Shown here piece by piece: positions 60,365 to 64,000 of a DNA stretch of 64,000 bases (the first letter of the stretch is position 1; the number at the start of each line of letters is the position of its first letter). A program made the translations under genes and the position numbers. The notes below the pieces were generated by a model. That model ran no database searches. It saw nothing but the letters and a program-made list of their open reading frames with translations, and was not told where the DNA came from. The stretch is from Heterodontus francisci (Eukaryota). Where the stretch lies: assembly GCF_036365525.1 (NCBI RefSeq), contig NC_090404.1, positions 34,648,236 to 34,712,235 on the forward strand. Direction: 5' to 3'.

Positions 60365-60903
60365 TAAAGCCAAGCCTCCTTTGACAGCACCTTCCAAACC
60401 CGTGACCTCTACCACCTTGAAGGACAAGGGCAACAGATGCATGGGAACACCACCATTTACAAGTTCCCCTCCAAACCAACCCCCATCCTGACGTGGAACT
60501 ATATCACCGTTCTTTCACTGTCACTGGGTCGTAATCCTGGAACTCTCCCTCTAACAACACTGTGGGTGTAGCTACACCACATGGACTGCAGCAGTTCAAG
60601 AAGGTGGCTCACCACCAACTTCTCAAGAGCAATTATTGATGGGCCAGCGGTGCTCAGATCCCAAATATGAATACAAAATTGAAAATCTTAGAACCTTAAA
60701 TCTCCTGGGTGGCAATCAGTTATTTGTTCATTTGTACAGAGGTAAGCCAGGCAAACATTCAATGTAATTTCCTAATGGACTCAAACTTTTATTATTCTTT
60801 CATGGGATGCGGGCATCACTGACACAACCAGCATTTGTTGCCCATCCCTCATTACCCTTGACATGTGAGTAATTTGACTGGCAATTTCAGAGGGCAGTTA
60901 AGT
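60365..60903. mobile_element. 3' tail of the second LINE family (+, 60365-60675) and a partner-SINE tail (-, 60790-60903)
   Basis: Homology to 42750-43080 and to 18760-18875. Confidence 0.7.
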
Positions 60904-61380
60904 CTTTCATTGCAGCAGCTTTTTCGGTAGCAGAGAGTGCGAGCGAGTGAGCAGCTGGGAAGGTCAATTTAAAGTAAACTTCATTTCCTTTTGTTTTCGG
61001 CAGAGACCAGGGGGCTGCTGGGTAAGTAAAACCCTATATATTTGGGCCGTTTAAAATAACTTGCCTTCCATTGCAGCAGCTTTTTCGGGAGCAGAGAGTG
61101 CGAGCGAGTGAGCAGCTGGGAAGGTCAGTTTAAAGTAAACTTAATTTCCTTTTGTTTTTGGTGGAGACCAGGGGGCTGCTGGGGAAGTAAAACCCTATAT
61201 ATTTGGGCCGATTAAATTAACTTGCCTTTCATTGCAGCAGCTTTTTCGGGAGCAGAGAGTGCGAGCGAGTGAGCAGCTGGGAAGGTCAGTTTAAAGTAAA
61301 CTTAATTTCCTTTTGTTTTCGGCGGAGACCAGTGGGCTGCTGGGTAAGTAAAACCCTGTATATTTGGGCCGTTTCTGACC
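60904..61380 (+). repeat. three tandem 161-bp monomers forming the CR1 5' UTR
   Basis: cattgcagcagctttttcgg... recurs at 60908, 61069 and 61230. Confidence 0.93.
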
Positions 61381-61443
61381 CGTGATACTGTTGAGGGAGA
61401 TGGCTCACCAGGGGAAGGCAGCACTAGCCAGGTTCATGGCACC

Positions 61444-61995
61444 GTGGCTGGCTCTGCTGTTCAGAAGGGAGGGAAAAAGAGTGGAAGGGCTATAGTCATC
61501 ACGGATTCGATTGTAAGGGGAGTAGATAGGCGGTTCTGTGGTCGAAAACGAGACTCCAGAATGGTATGTTGCCTCCCAGGTGCACGGGTCAGGGATGTCT
61601 CAGATCAGCTGCAGAACATTCTGAAGGGGGAGGGTGAACAGCCAGTTGTCGTTGTGCACATTAACACCAATGATATAGGTAAAAAACGGGATGAGGTCCG
61701 ACAAGCAGAATTTAGGGAGTTAGGAGCCAAGTTAAAAAGTAGGACCTCAGAGGTAGTAATCTCAGGATTTCTACCAGTGCCACGTGATAGTCAGAGTAGA
61801 AATGAAAGAATAGTCAGGATGAATGCGTGGCTTGAGAGATGGTACAGGAGGGAGGGGTTCAGATTTTTGGGACATTGGGACCAGTTCTGGGGGAGGTGGG
61901 ACTATTACAAATTGGATGGTCTACACCTGGGCCGGACTGGAACCAATGTTCTTGGGGGTTCTTTTGCTAACGCTGTTGGGGAGGGTTTAAACTAA
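61444..61995 (+). pseudogene. CR1 ORF1p C-terminal SGNH/GDSL esterase-like domain
   Basis: VITDSIVR (GDS block, G>T), CLPGA, HINTND and DGLHL blocks; no ATG-initiated N-terminal half. Confidence 0.85.
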
Positions 61996-64000
61996 TGTGG
62001 CAGGGGGATGGGAACCAAATGAGGTCCGTGGAGAGTAAGGATGTAGTAACTAAAGCCTGTAAGGAACTAGATAATGAAGTCAGCATGACTAAGGGAAAGA
62101 GTAGGCAGGGAGCAGATGATGAAAGCAAAGGGACTGGTTGTCTGAGGTGTATTTGTTTTAATGCAAGAAGTGTAATAGGTAAGGCAGATGAACTTGGGGC
62201 TTGGATTAGTACCTGGGAGTATGATGTTATTGCTATTACTGAGACTTGGTTAAGGGAAGGGCATGATTGGCAACTAAATATCCCAGGATACCGATGCTTC
62301 AGGCGGGATAGAGAGGGAGGTAAAAGGGGGTGGAGGAGTCGCATTACTGGTCAAAGAGGATATCACAGCTGTGATGAAGGAAGGCACTATGGAGGACTCG
62401 AGCTGTGAGGCAATATGGGCAGAACTCAGAAATAGAAAGGGTGCGGTAACAATGTTGGGGCTGGACTACAGGCCTCCCAACAGCGAGCGTGAGATAGAGG
62501 TACAAATATGTAAACAGATTATGGAAAGCTGTAGGAGCAACAGGGTGGTGGTGAAAGGAGATTTTAATTTTCCCAACATTTACTGGGATTCACTTAGTGT
62601 TCGAGGTCTAGATGGAGCAGAATTTGTAAGGAGCATCCAGGAGGGTTTTCTAGAGCAGTATGTAAATAGTCCAACTCGGGAAGAGGCCATACTGGACCTG
62701 GTGTTGGGGAATGAGCCGGGCCAGGTGGTTGACGTTTCAGTAGGGGACTACTTTGGGAATAGTGATCACAATTCCGTAAGTTTTAGAATACACATGGATA
62801 AAGACGAGAGTGGTCCTAAAGGAAGAGTGCTAAATTGGGGGAAGGCCAACTATACTAAAATTCTGCAGGAGCTGGGGAATGTAGATTGGGAGCAGCTGTT
62901 TGAAGGTGAATCCACTTTTGATATGTGGGAGGCTTTTAAAGAGAGGTTGATTAGCGTGCAGGAGAGACATGTTCCTGTGAAAATGAGGGGTAGAAATGGC
63001 AAGATTAGGGAACCATGGATGACAGGTGAAATTGTGAGACTAGCTAAGAGGAAAAAGGAAGCATACATAAGGTCTAGGCAGCTGAAGAAAGACAAAGCTT
63101 TGAAAGAATATCGGGATTGTAGGCGCAATCTGAAATGAGGAATTAAGAGGGCTAAAAGGGGTCATGAAATATCTTTAGCAAACAGGGTTAAGGAAAATCC
63201 CAAAGCCTTTTATTCATATATAAGGAGCAAGAGGGTAACCAGAGAAAGGATTGGCCCACTCAAGGACAAAGGAGGAAAGTTATGCGAGAAGTCAAAGAAA
63301 ATGGGTGAGATTCTAAATGAGTACTTTGCATCGGTATTCACCGAGGAGAGGGACATGACGGATGTTGAGGTTAGGGACAGATGTTTGATTACTCTAGGTC
63401 AAGTCGGCATAAGGAGGGAGGAAGTGTTGGGTATTCTAAAAGGCATTAAGGTGGACATGTCCCCAGGTACGGCTGGGATCTATCCCAGGTTACTGAGGGA
63501 AGCGAGAGAGGAAATAGTTGGGGCCTTAACAAATATCTTTGCAACATCCTTAAACATGGGTGATGTCCCGGAGGACTGGAGAATTGCTAATGTTGTCCCC
63601 TTGTTTAAGAAGGGTAGCAGGGATAATCCAGATAATTATAGACCAGTGAGCCTGACGTCAGTGGTAGGGAAGCTGCTGGAGAAGATACTGAGGGATAGGA
63701 TCTATTCCCATTTGGAAGAAAATGGGCTTATCAGTGATAGGCAACATGGTTTTGTGCAGGGAAGGTCATGTCTTACCAACTTAATAGAATTCTTTGAGGA
63801 AGTGACAAAGTTGATTGATGAGGGAAGGGCTGTAGATGTCGTATACATGGACTTCAGTAAGGCGTTTGATGAGGTTCCCCATGGTAAGCTGATGGAGAAA
63901 GTGAAGGCGCATGGGGTCCAAGGTGTACTAGCTAGATGGATAAAGAACTGGCTGGGCAACAGGAGACAGAGAGTAGCAGTAGAAGGGAGTTTCTCAAAAT
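61995..64000 (+). pseudogene. CR1 ORF2p (APE endonuclease and start of RT), disrupted
   Basis: NARS...DVIAITETWL, YRPP, GDFNFPNI, SDH, NYRPVSLTS, QHGF, MDFSKAFD. Confidence 0.92.

Larger units (their letters stand above)
60904..64000 (+). mobile_element. young, 5'-intact CR1 LINE (continues past window end), inactivated
   Basis: Monomeric 5' UTR, ORF1 esterase domain, TAATG ORF1/ORF2 overlap at ~61993-61997, EN and RT motifs; frameshift near 62330 and stop at 63136-63138. Confidence 0.95.

Overview
Cartilaginous-fish (shark) genomic DNA. It is not prokaryotic, and no CRISPR array, rRNA or tRNA gene is supported. The first 12.7 kb holds, on the minus strand, the 5' part of an unrearranged IgNAR (heavy-chain-only antibody) cluster that appears intact. 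Its order is octamer/TATA promoter, leader exon, one type II VNAR exon, three D segments, one J, then exons C1, C2 and the start of C3; C4, C5 and the secretory/TM exons lie beyond position 1. All eight RSSs are readable and follow the 12/23 rule: V(22)-(12)D1(23)-(12)D2(22)-(12)D3(12)-(23)J. The V framework resembles horn shark (Heterodontus) VNARs as I recall them; the species is not proven. The remaining ~51 kb upstream of the promoter shows no further Ig segment. It is a nested set of decayed repeats: CR1-clade LINEs of several ages, a second CR1/L2-like LINE family with a bipartite partner SINE, L2 and RTE fragments, HE1-type and Deu-type SINEs, Penelope-type hammerhead tails and MITEs. 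It also contains an ERV relic with a tRNA-Ser PBS, a degenerate Gypsy element, an env-like relic, three minisatellites and a C2H2 zinc-finger pseudogene with an intronic foldback. Boundaries of decayed repeats are approximate; Ig exon and RSS coordinates were read base by base.
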